A stretch of 64,000 bases of DNA, from NCBI RefSeq assembly GCF_001194135.2, contig NC_068985.1:115883514-115947513 (forward strand), given 5' to 3'. The notes under the pieces were generated by a model. That model searched no databases. It had not been told where the DNA came from and was given only the letters and a program-made list of their open reading frames with translations. The first letter of the stretch is position 1. Each line of letters opens with the position of its first letter. Source of the stretch: Octopus bimaculoides. Its lineage: Eukaryota. Shown in pieces: positions 63,968 to 64,000 of the stretch. The position numbers and the translations under genes are program-made.

Positions 63968-64000
<33 letters not shown>

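Noticed and set aside
1-64000. CRISPR array or prokaryotic operon
   Set aside because: No regularly spaced direct repeats with unique spacers and no gene-dense region; the sequence is eukaryotic repeat DNA.

Overview
Eukaryotic, AT-rich, repeat-saturated non-coding DNA from a draft assembly with 16 N-gaps (about 7.5 kb in total, most flanked by (TA)n/(CA)n). The SINE families, Tc1/mariner relics, RTE/CR1/R4 LINE relics and extreme microsatellite density point to a coleoid cephalopod, probably Octopus (inference from recalled repeat consensus, not a database search). No intact protein-coding gene, tRNA, rRNA or CRISPR array is supported, and almost every ORF in the supplied track is a microsatellite or N-gap artefact. 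The window contains decayed retrotransposons (a 2.1 kb RTE, a CR1, an R4/Dong-like piece, several Penelope-like elements), mariner and DD37D(maT)-type transposase fragments, Helitron-like non-autonomous elements and many tRNA-derived SINEs. The most interesting unexplained signals are (i) several minimal hammerhead-ribozyme motifs with palindromic stem III, including a ~275 bp foldback carrying one hammerhead on each strand at 55.4-55.7 kb, (ii) a pre-miRNA-like hairpin at 46.26-46.35 kb that folds better on the minus strand, and (iii) two candidate minus-strand exons at 26.4 and 28.9 kb hinting that the window lies inside a large spliced transcript. I found no clearly new biological system; these are leads.
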